Source: Bryobacterales bacterium (GTDB taxonomy: Bacteria; Acidobacteriota; Terriglobia; Bryobacterales; Bryobacteraceae). Taken from it: a stretch of DNA of 64,000 nucleotides. Below are positions 21,072 through 32,806 of this stretch, piece after piece. The notes below the pieces were generated by a model. It made no database searches. It was not told the origin of the DNA and saw only the letters and a program-made list of their open reading frames with translations. The first letter of the stretch is position 1. The number at the start of each line of letters is the position of its first letter. Location: positions 34,592-98,591 of the forward strand of contig CAVYKR010000004.1 in assembly GCA_963769205.1 (NCBI GenBank). Direction: 5' to 3'. Position numbers and translations under genes: made by a program.

Positions 21072-22157
21072 GTGACCCTCACCCGCCGATGCCTGCTCAC
21101 TTCCGTCGCATTCGTTCCCGCCGCCCGCCTCCTGCGTGGCCAACAGCCTCCCTCCAACCCATCCGACGCCACCTTCTCTACCGAAGTCAAAGTGGTCATG
21201 GTGTTCGCCACCGTGCGCGACAAGCAAGGTACAGTTGTCCGCAATCTCACCAAAGACGACTTTGTTCTAGATGAAGACGGCCGGCCTCAAACCATCGGCT
21301 ATTTCTCCCAGGAAAGCAATCTGCCGCTCACCCTCGGCCTGCTGATCGACACTAGCGGTAGTACCCGCCGCGTTCTTCCCGATGAGCGCGATGCCAGCTA
21401 CAAATTTCTCCAGCAGGTGCTGCGCGAGGACAAGGACCAGGCGTTTCTCATTCATTTCGATCTCGAAGTAGAGCTGTTGCAGGATCTCACCTCTTCGCGC
21501 GCTCAGCTCGAAAAGGCGTTGAACCAGCTCGGAACGGCAGCGGGCCAGCGGCCGCAAATGTCCAGGCGCAATGGCGGCTCTTACCCCGGTGGTGGTGGCG
21601 GAGGCCAGTATCCCGGCGGCGGAGGTGGAGGCGGACGCCGTCGAGGAGGCACATCCCTCTATGACGCCGTATTTCTCGCCTCCGACGAGTTGATGAAGAA
21701 GCAGACCGGCCGGAAATCGCTCATCCTTCTCTCGGACGGCGTAGATAACGGCAGCCGGCTGACGCTTTCCGAATGCGTGGAATCGGCCCAGCGAGCCGAC
21801 ACCCTCGTCTATTCCATTCTCTTCGACGATCCGGAAGCCAACAACTTCGTTGGCTTTGGCGGCCCGGGCATGGGCCGGCATGGCGGATACGGCGGCGGTC
21901 GCAGACCCCAGATGAACCGTCCCGATGGAAAGAAAGTGCTGGAGCAGATCTCGCGCCAGACCGGCGGCCGCTTTTTCGAGGTCTCGAAGAAACAGCCCAT
22001 CGACAGGGTGTTCGCCGCCATCGAAGAAGATCTGCGCAATCAGTACAGCCTCGGCTATACACCCACTGCCGCCTCGCCAGGTTATCGCAGCATCCACCTG
22101 GCAGCCAAGCCGAAAAATCTTACCGTTCAGGCGCGCGAAGGATATTACGCACTGTAA
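21072..22157 (+). CDS. VWFA-related acidobacterial domain protein (TIGR03436-like), Gly-rich insert
   Basis: The N-terminus is characteristic (FSTEVKVVMVFATVRDKQGTVVRNLTKDDFVLDEDGRPQTI), it has a VWA MIDAS-like LLIDTSGS, and it ends ...REGYYAL. Confidence 0.75.
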   Translation: MTLTRRCLLTSVAFVPAARLLRGQQPPSNPSDATFSTEVKVVMVFATVRDKQGTVVRNLTKDDFVLDEDGRPQTIGYFSQESNLPLTLGLLIDTSGSTRRVLPDERDASYKFLQQVLREDKDQAFLIHFDLEVELLQDLTSSRAQLEKALNQLGTAAGQRPQMSRRNGGSYPGGGGGGQYPGGGGGGGRRRGGTSLYDAVFLASDELMKKQTGRKSLILLSDGVDNGSRLTLSECVESAQRADTLVYSILFDDPEANNFVGFGGPGMGRHGGYGGGRRPQMNRPDGKKVLEQISRQTGGRFFEVSKKQPIDRVFAAIEEDLRNQYSLGYTPTAASPGYRSIHLAAKPKNLTVQAREGYYAL

Positions 22158-22204
22158 GAATTCTGGCACTAACGCTTGAGCCTCGGCATGCGTCTTAACT
22201 TCCA

Positions 22205-23055
22205 ATGACAAGAATTCCTGTTGGCGCCAGTCTCGCGCTATTGACGGCCATTGGACTCTTCGGCCAGTCCAGCACCACGCCTCTCACCTTCGAAGTGGCA
22301 TCCATCAAACCGAGCAATGCCGATCTGCACCGCATCATGTTTCAGTTGCAGCCGGGCGGTGGCCTCCGAACCAGCGGCACCACGTTGAAAATGCTTCTCG
22401 CCTTTGCCTACGACGTCCGCGACGTCCAAATTTCAGGCGGCCCTGGCTGGATCAATACCGATCGCTTCGATGTAGTGGCGAAAGCAGGCGGCGCTGTTCC
22501 CGAAACTCCTGATGACCCGCGCAAAATGACGGACGAACAGCGCAAGACCGTCGGTGATCAAGCTCGGGAACGTCTCCGGGCCCTGCTAGCCGAGCGGTTT
22601 CAGTTAACCCTCCATCGTGAAGCCAAAGAACAATCGATCTACGCCCTGGTGGTCGCAAAAAACGGCCCTAAGCTCAAGGAATCTCAAGCACAGGTGGGCG
22701 ACGGCCCCAAAGGCCGGATGATGATGGGTCGCGGCCAGCTTTCCGGACAGGGCGTGCCACTGGAGCTGTTGACTAAGACACTATCCGACCAACTCGGCCG
22801 GCCCGTGATCGATCGCACCGGCCTGAAAGGGAATTTCGATTTCAAGCTGGAGTGGACGCCCGATCCCGGCCAGGGCGGCGGCGGTCCATTCGGCGGCGGG
22901 CCACCACCCGGCTGGATGCTCCACCCCCGCCCGATCCCAACGGCCCTTCGGTCTTCACCGCCCTTCAGGAGCAGCTCGGGCTCCGCTTGGAATCGCAGAA
23001 AGGTCCGGTAGAGATGCTGGTGATAGACCAAGTGGAGAAACCGACCGAAAACTAA
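22205..23055 (+). CDS. TIGR03435-like soil-associated family protein; C-terminus frameshifted
   Basis: It matches the intact paralog at 54817-55566 (FEVASIKPS... / ...FTALQEQLGLRLESQKGPVEMLVIDQVEKPTEN). The C-terminus is in ORF 22852-23055, a different frame, after a Gly-rich run. Confidence 0.65.
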
Positions 23056-23078
23056 CCCCGCGCAAGATTAGCGGTGCG

Positions 23079-26000
23079 ATGGCCAGCAAGCCCATCTTCG
23101 ATTGTCTGCGATACCTCGCCGTCGCCGCGCTCACCGCCCTTCTGCTCTGCGCCGCCGAGCACCATGGACAGGTAAAATTCGGCGGCTTGCCGGTCCCCGG
23201 CGCCACCGTGACCGCGACCCAGGCTGGCAAAATCTTCACCGCGATCACCGATCCGCGAAGGCGCATATTCTTTCCCCGATCTTCGCGGACGGTACCTGGA
23301 CCATTCAGATCGACATGCCGGGTTTTGCAGCGTTCCATCAGGACCTTGAAGTCGCGCGCGATGCGCCCGCCTCCGAATGGAATCTGCGCATGCTGCCTCT
23401 GAACGAAATGCATGCCGTCGCAGCGCCTCCTCCGGCTGCCGTCCTGCCGGCGCCTGCTCCCGCCGCCAATGCTGCTGAACCCGCCAGACCGAAGCCCCGC
23501 AATGCGAAAAATACCCCGCCGCCGCCCACCAACACGCCGACCGCCTTCCAACGGACCGACCTGAATGCCGCCAACCCGCCCGCCCCGGCTCCCGGAACAC
23601 CGTCGCAGCCCGATGCGACCATCCCCAGTACCGATGCATTCGCAAATCAAAACCCGTCCGAGCTCAGCCAGCGCGCCGCCGACGGTTTCCTCATCAACGG
23701 TACTGCCAACAATGCCGCCAGTTCGCCCTTCGCAATGGCGCAGGCCTTCGGCAACAGCCGAAAAGACTCCCGGTCCTGTATAACGGCAACCTCGGTCTCA
23801 TCTTCGATAACTCGTCCCTCGATGCCCGGCCATTTTCGCTGACCGGACAGGACACGCCGCGGCCCGACTACAACCATATCCAGGGCGTGTTCGCCTTCGG
23901 CGGTCCTATCAAGATTCCGCGCCTGCTCCGCAACGGCCCCAACCTCTTCATCAACTACCAATGGACCCGGAATCGCAATGCCAGCGTCGGAACCGGCCTC
24001 ATGCCCGACGCAGCCGAACGCAGCGGAGATTTCTCGCAGGTATTGAACGCGCAGGGTCAGCCCGTCCAGATTATCGATCCCGCAACCGGATCGCCTGTTC
24101 CCGGCAATCGCCTCGCACTCAGCCAGATCAGCCCCCAGGCCTTGGCGTTGTTGAACTTTTATCCGCTCCCCAATTTTCAGGGCGGAACGCGCTACAACTA
24201 TCAGATCCCCATTCTCGGCGTCACTCACCAGGACAGCCTGCAAACACGTCTCAATAAAACCATCGGACGAAAAAACCAGGTTTCCGGAATGTTCGCTCTG
24301 CAGATCCACTCGCTCGGACAATCCCAATCTGTTCGGATTTCTCGACACCAGCAACGTGCTCGGAATCAACCTGAACACAAATTGGCGCCATTACTTCACG
24401 CCGCGATTCTTCATCAACCTCGGTTACCAGTTCAGCCGCAGTTCATCGCGCTTCACGCCCTATTTCGAGAACCGCTCAGAATGTGTCGGGCCTGGCCGGA
24501 ATCTCGGGCAATAATCAGGAGCCAGGGAACTGGGGGCCACCCGACCTCACATTCGCCTCCGGATTCTCGGGCCTGTCCGACGGGCTGCCGGCCTTCACCC
24601 GTAATCAGACCAGCGGCGTATCGATGGATAATTTCTGGTCTCGCGGCGCGTCACAACATCTCTTATGGAGGTGACTTTCGCCGCCAGCAGTTCAACCTGC
24701 TCTCCCAGCAGGACCCTCGCGGCAGCTTCGCCTTCACCGGCGCGGCGGCCGGATACGATTTCGCCGGATTTCTTCTCGGCGTGCCCGATACCAGCTCCAT
24801 CGCCTTCGGCAACGCCGACAAATATTTCCGCGCATCCACGTCCGACGCCTATATCAACGACGATTGGAGAATGAATCCCGGCTTCACCTTGAACTTCGGC
24901 GTTCGCTGGGAGTACTGGTCGCCCATCACAGAAAAATACGGCCGCCTCGTGAATCTCGACATCGCCCCCGGTTTCACCGCCGAAGCTCCCGTGGTTGCCG
25001 GCCACCCCACCGGTCGCCTCACTGGCCAAGCTTATCCGGATTCGCTGATCCATCCCGACAAAGGCGCGGTTCAACCTCGTGTTGCTTTTTCCTGGCGGCC
25101 CCTTCCGGCGTCCTCCCTGGTGGTTCGCGCCGGTTACGGCGTCTACTACAACACTTCCGTGTACCTGCCCATCGCCACTCAAATGGCCCAGCAATATCCG
25201 TTGTCGAAAAGCCTCAGTGTGCAAAGCACGCCCGGCAATCTCGCTATCGCTCGCCGACGGCTTCAATGCCTCTCCTGGAATCACGCCGAATACCTACGGG
25301 GTTGATCCGCAATTTCCGCATCGGCTACTCGCAGAACTGGCAGATGTCCGTGCAGCGCGATCTGCCGAAAGCCCTGGTCGCCACCATTTTGTATCTCGGC
25401 AGCAAGGGAACCCACGAAATGCAGGAGTTTCTGCCCAACACATATCCTGCCGGCGCCGAATCCTTGTCCCGCCTGCCCCAGTCGGATTTGTGTATCTCGT
25501 CTCCAACGGAAACGCCGCCCGCAACGCCGGCCAGATCCAATTGCGCCGCCGCTTGCAGAGCGGATTTACCGCGAGCCTCAATTACACCTTCTCGAAATCC
25601 ATCGACGATGGCGCGCTGGGCGGAAGGAATCAGGGCGGCTATCTGATCGCTCAGAACTGGCTGAATCTCAACGCCGAGCGAGCGCCTGTCGAATTTCGAT
25701 CAGCGCCACCAGCTGAGTGTGCAGGCCCAGTACACCACCGGCATGGGAATTCACGGCGGCACACTGGTGAACGGATGGAAGGGCGCGCTCTTCAAGGAAT
25801 GGACCGTCGCCAGCCAGATCACTGCCGCCACCGGAATGCCGCTCACGCCCGTCGATTTCGCGGCCGTCGCCGGCACCGGCGTGACCGGAAGCATCCGTCC
25901 CGAGTACACCGGCGCGCCGCTCTACAACGCACCTGCCGGGCTCTTCCTGAATCCAGCCGCCTACGCCGCGCCTCCCCCGGGCCAGTGGGGCAATGCCGGC

Positions 26001-26229
26001 CGCAACTCCATCACCGGCCCCTCGCAGTTCACCCTCAACGCTTCTCTCGGACGCGCCTTCCGGCTGACGGAGCGATTCGGTCTCGACTTTCGCGTAGACG
26101 CGACCAATGCGCTCAACCACGTCACCTTTCCGAGTTGGAACACCACCTTTAACAGCTCGCAGTTCGGGTTGCCGAATGCCGCCAATGCCATGCGCAGCTT
26201 GCAGACCAGCGCTGCGCTTGAGGTTCTGA
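23079..26229 (+). pseudogene. TonB-dependent receptor-like outer-membrane protein (carboxypeptidase-regulatory-like N-terminus) with multiple frameshifts
   Basis: Successive ORFs 23079-, 23102-, 23887-25305, 25079-, 25719- carry receptor-like sequence (signal peptide, GQVKFGGLPVPGATVTA, DGTWTIQIDMPGF, ...YSQNWQMSVQRDL..., NHVTFPSWNTTF). The true C-terminus ...LRLRF* is in yet another frame and ends at 26229. Confidence 0.65.
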
Positions 26230-26232
26230 CCC

Positions 26233-28336
26233 ATGCGATCTCTTCTTGCCATCTTCCTCTCGTTCGTTCTCGCCGCCGCGCGCAGCAGATCGGACAAAAC
26301 ACATCGTCTCCTTCCGCCGCCGCGCCTACTTTCCAAAGCAACAGCCAATTGGTGATCGAGACCGTCTCGGTAAAGACCAAGGATGGCAAGCCGGTCGAAA
26401 ACCTGACCGCCAAGCGATTTCACCGTCACCGAAGATGGCGCGCCGCAGACCATCCGGTTTTTCGAATATCAAAAACTGCAGGAAGTTGCGCCCGATGCCG
26501 CCGACGCGGCTCCATCTTCGCGTGCTGCGCCGTTCCCTAAACTGCCCAAGAGCCAGATCACGCCCGAATCGCCCGGTAGCGTGAAGTATCAGGACCGTCG
26601 TCTGCTGGCGCTCTATTTCGACATGAGCGCCATGCCGGAGCCCGATCAGTTGCGCGCCTTCACCGCCGCGCGCAACTTCATCCAAACGCAAATGACGCCA
26701 TCCGATCTGGTGGCCCTCATGGTTTACCAGTCCGGCGCCGTGCAGATCTTGCAGGATTTCACCGCTGATCGCGACCGTCTGCTCAGCATCGTCGAAACCC
26801 TGGTGGTAGGCGAAGACCAGAATTCCGCTGACGCCGCCAACGACGCTATCTGCTGCCGACACCGGCGCTGCCTTCGGCCAGGATGATTCGGAATTCAACA
26901 TCTTTAATACCGACCGCCAGTTGTCCGCTCTGCAGACTGCCGCGAAGATGCTGGGTGCGCTGAGCGAGAAGAAGGCGCTCATCTATTTCGCCAGCGGGCT
27001 GCGCCTGAACGGCGTCGACAATCAGGCGCAATTGCACGCCACCATCAATGCCGCTATACGAGCCGGCGTTTCGTTCTGGCCTATCGACGCGCGCGGCCTC
27101 GTTGCTCAAGCGCCCCTGGGCGACGCTACTCACGGTTCGCCCGGCGGAATCGCCATGTACAACGGGGCCTCCGCTATGGCCGCCCAAGATAGCTTTCAGC
27201 GCTCCCAGGACACTCTCTGGGCGCTTGGCCGCCGATACCGGTGGCAAGGCTCTGCTCGACTACAACGACCTCACCAAAGGCATGACCGCAAGCTCAGCAG
27301 GCCATTTCGAGTTACTACCTCATCGGTTACTACGCCAGCAACGCTGCGCTGGACGGCAAATTCCGCCGCATCAAGATTTCGCTCGCCAACGGCCTCGCTG
27401 CCACCATCGACTACCGCCAGGGTTACTTCGCCGGCAAGCAGTTCGGGAAATTTTCGGCAGCCGAAAAGGAGCGCCAGCTTGAGGACGCGCTGCTGCTGGG
27501 CGATCCGATCACCGAACTTACCGTCGCCGTTGAAGTGGATTATTTCCAGCTCAACCGTGCCGAGTACTTCGTGCCGCTGATAGTCAAGGTCCCCGGCAGC
27601 GAGCTGGCTCTCGCCAAGCGCGGCGGCGCCGAGCACACCCTGCTCGATTTCATCGGCGAAATCAAAGATGACTTTGGCACCACCGTCTCCAACGTGCGCG
27701 ACAAAGTGGATATCAAGCTGAGCGACGCCACCGCCGCCGAATTGGCCAAGCGGCCCATTCAATATGACACCGGATTCACGCTGCTTCCCGGCAAGTACAA
27801 GATCAAGTTCCTGGCGCGCGACGCCGAGACTGGCCGCATCGGCACCTACGAAACTCCCTTCGTGATCCCCAATCTGAACAAGGAAGACAAGCGCATCCCG
27901 ATCAGTTCGGTAGTCTTGAGCAGCCAGCGCGTGGAGCTGAAAGATGCGCTGTACAATGCCGCCAAAGATAAAGGCAAGGCCGAAATTGTCAATCCACTGG
28001 TACAAGAAGGCCAGAAGCTGATTCCCAGCGTGACGCGAGTCTTCAGCAAAGGCCGCGATATGTACGTCTACTTGCAGGCCTATCAACCGGGCGTCGAGAG
28101 CGCGCAGCCGCTGGTGGCGTTCGTCACGTTCTATCGTGGCCAAGCCAAGGCGTTCGAGACGCCGCCGCTCCAGGTAACTGAGGCGCTGAATAATCGGTTG
28201 AAGACTATGCCCCTCAAATTCAGCCTCTCGCTCGCTAAGCTCCCGCCCGGCCACTATAACTGCCAGGTGACGATTCTCGATCCGAGCGGGTCAGAAAGCC
28301 GCGTTCTGGCAAGCGCCCGTCATGCTGATCCCGTAG
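26233..28336 (+). pseudogene. second VWFA-related acidobacterial domain protein (TIGR03436-like), about 5 frameshifts
   Basis: It starts MRSLLAIFLSFVLAAAR 4 nt after the upstream stop. Its sequence (SNSQLVIETVSVKTKDGKPVENLTAK, VKYQDRRLLALYFDMSAM, ALIYFASGLRLNGVDNQ, FVPLIVKVPG..., final AAFWQAPVMLIP*) is distributed over ORFs 26246-, 26581-, 26921-, 27535-. Confidence 0.65.
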
Positions 28337-28341
28337 AGGCG

Positions 28342-30510
28342 CTACGGCAACCCAAAGACATACAACGCCTGGCCGCTCTGCGGGATCTTGATGTCCGGCG
28401 CGATCGCCGCCGGCACATTTCGCGGGCTGCCGCCGCCCAGCCCGGTCATCACCGCGATGTACTGCTTTCCATCCACGCTGTAGGTAACCGGGAAGCCCTG
28501 CACCGACGTGCCTAGCCGCGTTTCCCACAACATCTGTCCGGTCTTCACGTCCAGAATGTGCACGCCGCGGTTGATGTCGCCGACCAGCACCCAGCCGCCG
28601 GCGGTCGAAAGCGCGGCCGTGAGGAACGGCGCGCGCTGCTCGTATTTCCAGACCTCGTTCATGGTCTTCACATCGTAAGCCGCCAGCTTGCCGATGTTGC
28701 CATTGCTGCCCGGCATCGGCAGGAATTTGCGGTCGCCGCCCGACCCTCCGCCCCTGCCGCTGAAGTCCACCTCGCGCGCCGTAAAATCCATGCACGACTG
28801 GCTGAGCGGAACGATCAGCAGTCCCGTCGGCTGGATTGTAGCTCATCGCCTGCCAGTTCTTCCCGCCTTCCGTGCTGGGACACACATTGATCGGCTTATT
28901 GAGTCTGCATCTCAAGAATGTCCGTCCGATACCTCGGCGTTCCCGTCTTGGGATCGATGTGGTCCCACACCGTCTGCTTCACCATCTCCTTGCTGCCGAG
29001 ATATTGTCCCGGTCCGCCGATCCAGCTTCCACAGGATGCCCGCCTTGCCGGCGTTGAACGAAACTTTCTGATCGCCGATATCGACCAGCACGCGCTCGAA
29101 TACTTCGTCCAGATCGAACGACTCGCCCGGCGCATGCTGGAAATACCAGACCAGTTTGCCCGTGTCCGGATTCAGCGCCACCGTCGAGTTCGCGTAAAGA
29201 GTCTTATCGAACGGCGTCAGCTTGCGGCTCAGGAAATTCCAGGGCTTCGATTGCGCGACGCCCCAGTACGTAATGTTGAGCTCGGGATCGTAGCTTCCCG
29301 CCAGCCAGGTCTCCGCGCCCGCGCGATTGTTCATCGGCAGATTGCCCCATGTTTCGCTGCCGGGCTGCCCTTCGCGCGGAATCGTGTAGAACCGCCAAGC
29401 CCGCTGCCCGGTGTGGATGTCGAAAGCGGAAATGTAGCAGCCTTCGCCGTCGAAACGCGCGCAGCCCGTCAGACCCATCAGCACTTTGTCGCCGATGACG
29501 ATCGTCGCCGCTGGTGGAAACATGCGGCTTGTCGGAAGCCGGCGTGTCCCAGAGAATCTGCCCGTTGCGCGCATTGATCGCCACCATGTGCGCGTCGCTG
29601 GTGGGCAGAAAAACCTTGTCTTCGGCGATCGCGATGCTGCGGATGCCGCCGTATCCCGGCGCCTGATCCGGACCCACGCGCGTCTCCCAGATCAGATCGC
29701 CCGTCTTGCGCATCCAGCGCCTGAACAATGTTGCTGGGGCTCGCCAGATAAATGATGCCGTTGTGCACGATCGGCGTGGTCTGGTTCGCCCCCGAGTCGT
29801 TCATCGCCCAGGTCCACTTCAACTGCAGGTTCTTGACGTTGTCGCGCGTGATCTGATTGAGCGGACTGTAGCTGTGTCTCTGATAATTGCGTCCGAAGAT
29901 CAGCCAGTCCTCCGCGGGCGGATTCCTGAAGCATTTCGGTCGTCACCGGAACATAGTTCTTGACCTCGCCCGGCACGTTGACGCCAGCGTTGCCGCCAGC
30001 ACCGCCGCGTCCGTCTACCCGTGCCAGCGCCCACCACCATCGACCCGCCGCCCCGTCCGCCGCGCCCTTGAGCCGGTGCATTCGCCGGCCGGCGCCTGCC
30101 CGTTGGCAACCGCCCGGATTAACGTGGAGACACTTCCCGCGAGTGCCTGCTGGCCCGCCTGAGCGCCGTTGCGCTGCAGAATATATGCGGTCGCGTTCAG
30201 CGCCGCCGCTTCGCCCAGCGATCCCGGATTCGTGGGCGGCATCGTTTGCAGGATCTCGCCGAATAGCTCGCTCACCATCTTGGGCCCCCACTTGAGCAGG
30301 AACGTGCCCCCCGACAAGCGCCGGCGCATCGCCCGAGCCTTCGAAGTTCGCGCCGTGACAAGCCGAACAATTCTGATCGTAAATGGCCCGCCCGGACTGA
30401 GCCTGCGCGGCGGTAAAAATGCCCGCGGGCTGGGCCCAAACCAAGCCAAAGGTCGCTGCTCCAAACGCAGTGAGCGCGAACAATCGAGAAGGTAGTGCTA
30501 AACGATGCAT
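28342..30510 (-). pseudogene. second PQQ-dependent dehydrogenase with N-terminal cytochrome c domain, heavily frameshifted
   Basis: ORF 29692-30510 has a signal peptide and a CSACHG heme site. PQQ propeller pieces follow in ORFs 29478-29822, 29204-29728, 28912-29574 (GCYISAFDIHTGQRAWRFYTIP), 28235-28915 and 28342-28791 ([14 protein letters not shown]... C-terminus). Confidence 0.65.
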
Positions 30511-30655
30511 GCCGGATCTCCTACACCAAATGCCTGAGCATCATAATTATACGATGGTGAAGCCACGCATCATTAACCTGTTCCTTCTGGCCGCTTCCGG
30601 AGCCGCGCGGCTTTCCGCGTGATATCCTTAGCTCCAATAACAGAAGGATGATTCT

Positions 30656-31195
30656 ATGCCGATCTTCTCGGACATATCCGCGTTTACTGTGTTCCTGGCA
30701 ATCGCGGCGGTCGGATTTATTTTCCTCCTGGTCTCGCTGATATTTGGAGAAGTCTTCGGCCACTTCGGCGATGCACATTTCGACACCCTGGATCATGGCG
30801 GCCCCAGCTTTTTTAGCCCGCGTATCCTCAGCGTTTTCATTACTTCGTTTGGAGGATTCGGCGCGGTTGGGATTCATTATGGTCTGTCCGTTCTGGCTGC
30901 TTCGGGTCTGGGCTTCCTGAGCGGTGTTTTCTTCGGCGGCCTGATCTTTCTGTTCGCACGATTCCTGCACGGACAACAGGCTTCCACTGACGTTCGCGGC
31001 GCTGACCTGATCGGAAAACCGGCCCGGGTGGTGGTCGCGATTCCCGCCGGCGGCGTCGGCCAAGTGCGCTGCCGGGTGGGCGAGGAGATGTTCGACAAGA
31101 TTGCCCAGTCGCGCGAAGATACGCCCATTCCGGAAAACACCCTGGTGCGCGTGGAAGAGACGCTGGGCGACATGGTGATCGTTCGTAAACAGTAG
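30656..31195 (+). CDS. NfeD-like membrane protein (OB-fold C-terminus), partner of the downstream flotillin
   Basis: It has 3-4 TM helices followed by a beta-rich C-terminus (ARVVVAIPAGGVGQVR...VRVEETLGDMVIV). The downstream SPFH gene is 17 nt away. Confidence 0.75.
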   Translation: MPIFSDISAFTVFLAIAAVGFIFLLVSLIFGEVFGHFGDAHFDTLDHGGPSFFSPRILSVFITSFGGFGAVGIHYGLSVLAASGLGFLSGVFFGGLIFLFARFLHGQQASTDVRGADLIGKPARVVVAIPAGGVGQVRCRVGEEMFDKIAQSREDTPIPENTLVRVEETLGDMVIVRKQ

Positions 31196-31211
31196 TCTTT
31201 CGAGGTGAAGT

Positions 31212-32789
31212 ATGTTTTCGGATCTGGCGGGATTGCTGCTTCCTTTAATCATCCTCGCCGTCGTACTCGCGCTCATCATCGCTGCCGCGCTATTCAGCCG
31301 CAACTACCTCAAGGTGTCGCCGAACATGGTGGCTGTCTTGAGCGGACGCAAGCGCAAGCTCGCCGACGGACATTACGTCGGCTACCGGATGGTGCGCGGG
31401 GGTGCCGCGCTCAGAATTCCGCTGCTCGAAAAGGTCGAGTATCTCTCGCTGAATGTGATGACCATCCCGCTCGAGATCAAGCGGGCCTATACCGTCCAGG
31501 GCGTCCCGGTATCCGTCAAGGCCGTGGCCAACGTGAAGATTCGCGGCGATGAAACGTCGCTGCATGCCGCCGCGGAACGGTTCCTCGGCATGACCCACGT
31601 CGATATTCAAAAGGTCATTTTCCAGACGTTGGAAGGGCATCTGCGTTCCATCCTCGGCACCCTGACCGTGGAGGAAGTCAATAGCGACCGCCAAAGCTTC
31701 GCGCAGAAGCTTACCACCGAGGCCGCCATGGACCTCGAGAAAATGGGGCTGGGCGTGGACGTCCTGACCATTCAGGAAGTCAGTGACGAAGAGGATTACC
31801 TCAACGCGCTCGGCAAACGCCGGACGGCCGAGGTGAAGCGCGACGCCACCATCGGCGAGGCCGATGCGAACCGCGATGCCAAGATCCGGTCCGCCAGCGC
31901 CATGCAGGAAGGCGAGAAGGCCAAGCTTGGCTCGGAAGCCGATATATCCCAGTCCCAACGTGACCTCGCTCTTCGCCAAGCCCAGTATCAGGCCGAGATC
32001 GAGGCGGAAAAGGCGCGAGCCGCGCAAGCCGGTCCCCTGGCGCAGGCCAAAGCCCGGCAGGCGGTCGTTGCCGAAGAAGTGAAAATCGACCGCACCCGCA
32101 CCCAGGAGCAGATCGCTGTCCAGGAACAGGAAGTGTTGCGCAAGCAGCGCGAACTCGAAGCCACCGTCATCAAACCCGCCGACGCCGAGCGCCAGGCCGT
32201 GATCGTTCGTGCCGAAGCCGCTAAGTCCGCCGCAGTTTTGGAAGCGGAAGGCAAGCGCTCTGCGCTGATCGCCATGGCCGAGGCCGAACAGCAGAAGCTG
32301 CGCATGGAAGGCGCCGGGCGCGCCGCCGCCGTCGAGTCGGAAGGCCGTGCCGAGGCCGCTAAGATCGAGGCCATCGGCCTGGCGCAGGCCAAGGCGATTG
32401 AGGCGCAGGGCGTGGCCGAAGCCGCCGCCATTTTGCGCAAGGCCGAAGCCTGGAAGCAGTTCAACGAGGCGGCGCGTCTGCAGACGGTGCTGGAAAAACT
32501 GCCGGCCATCCTCCAGGCCTCCAGCGGAATTTTCGGCGCGGTCGCTGCGCCGCTCGGCAATATCGACAAGCTGGTGGTCATCGATCAGGGCTCCGGTGAC
32601 GGCGCGTCCAGCGGCATCGGCAAGCTGGCGAGAGCCGGCCCGACCGTGGTGTTCGGCCTGTTACAGCAACTCGAAGCGTTGGGACTCAACGTGCCCTCTT
32701 TGCTCCAGCAATTGGGCGTACACCAATCCAATGGCGGTGCCCCGCCGGACAGCACCGTGGCGAAGAACATTCCGGAACGCACCGACTGA
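31212..32789 (+). CDS. flotillin-like SPFH/band-7 protein (YqiK-like)
   Basis: It has an N-terminal TM helix, an SPFH domain and a long Ala/Glu/Gln-rich coiled coil (AEIEAEKARAAQAG...). Confidence 0.85.
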   Translation: MFSDLAGLLLPLIILAVVLALIIAAALFSRNYLKVSPNMVAVLSGRKRKLADGHYVGYRMVRGGAALRIPLLEKVEYLSLNVMTIPLEIKRAYTVQGVPVSVKAVANVKIRGDETSLHAAAERFLGMTHVDIQKVIFQTLEGHLRSILGTLTVEEVNSDRQSFAQKLTTEAAMDLEKMGLGVDVLTIQEVSDEEDYLNALGKRRTAEVKRDATIGEADANRDAKIRSASAMQEGEKAKLGSEADISQSQRDLALRQAQYQAEIEAEKARAAQAGPLAQAKARQAVVAEEVKIDRTRTQEQIAVQEQEVLRKQRELEATVIKPADAERQAVIVRAEAAKSAAVLEAEGKRSALIAMAEAEQQKLRMEGAGRAAAVESEGRAEAAKIEAIGLAQAKAIEAQGVAEAAAILRKAEAWKQFNEAARLQTVLEKLPAILQASSGIFGAVAAPLGNIDKLVVIDQGSGDGASSGIGKLARAGPTVVFGLLQQLEALGLNVPSLLQQLGVHQSNGGAPPDSTVAKNIPERTD

Positions 32790-32806
32790 TACGTGCCTCC
32801 ATCGGC

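Noticed and set aside
21267-22211. 314-aa minus-strand ORF
   Set aside because: It is antisense to the VWFA-acidobacterial gene 21072-22157, which has a clear signal peptide and family motifs.
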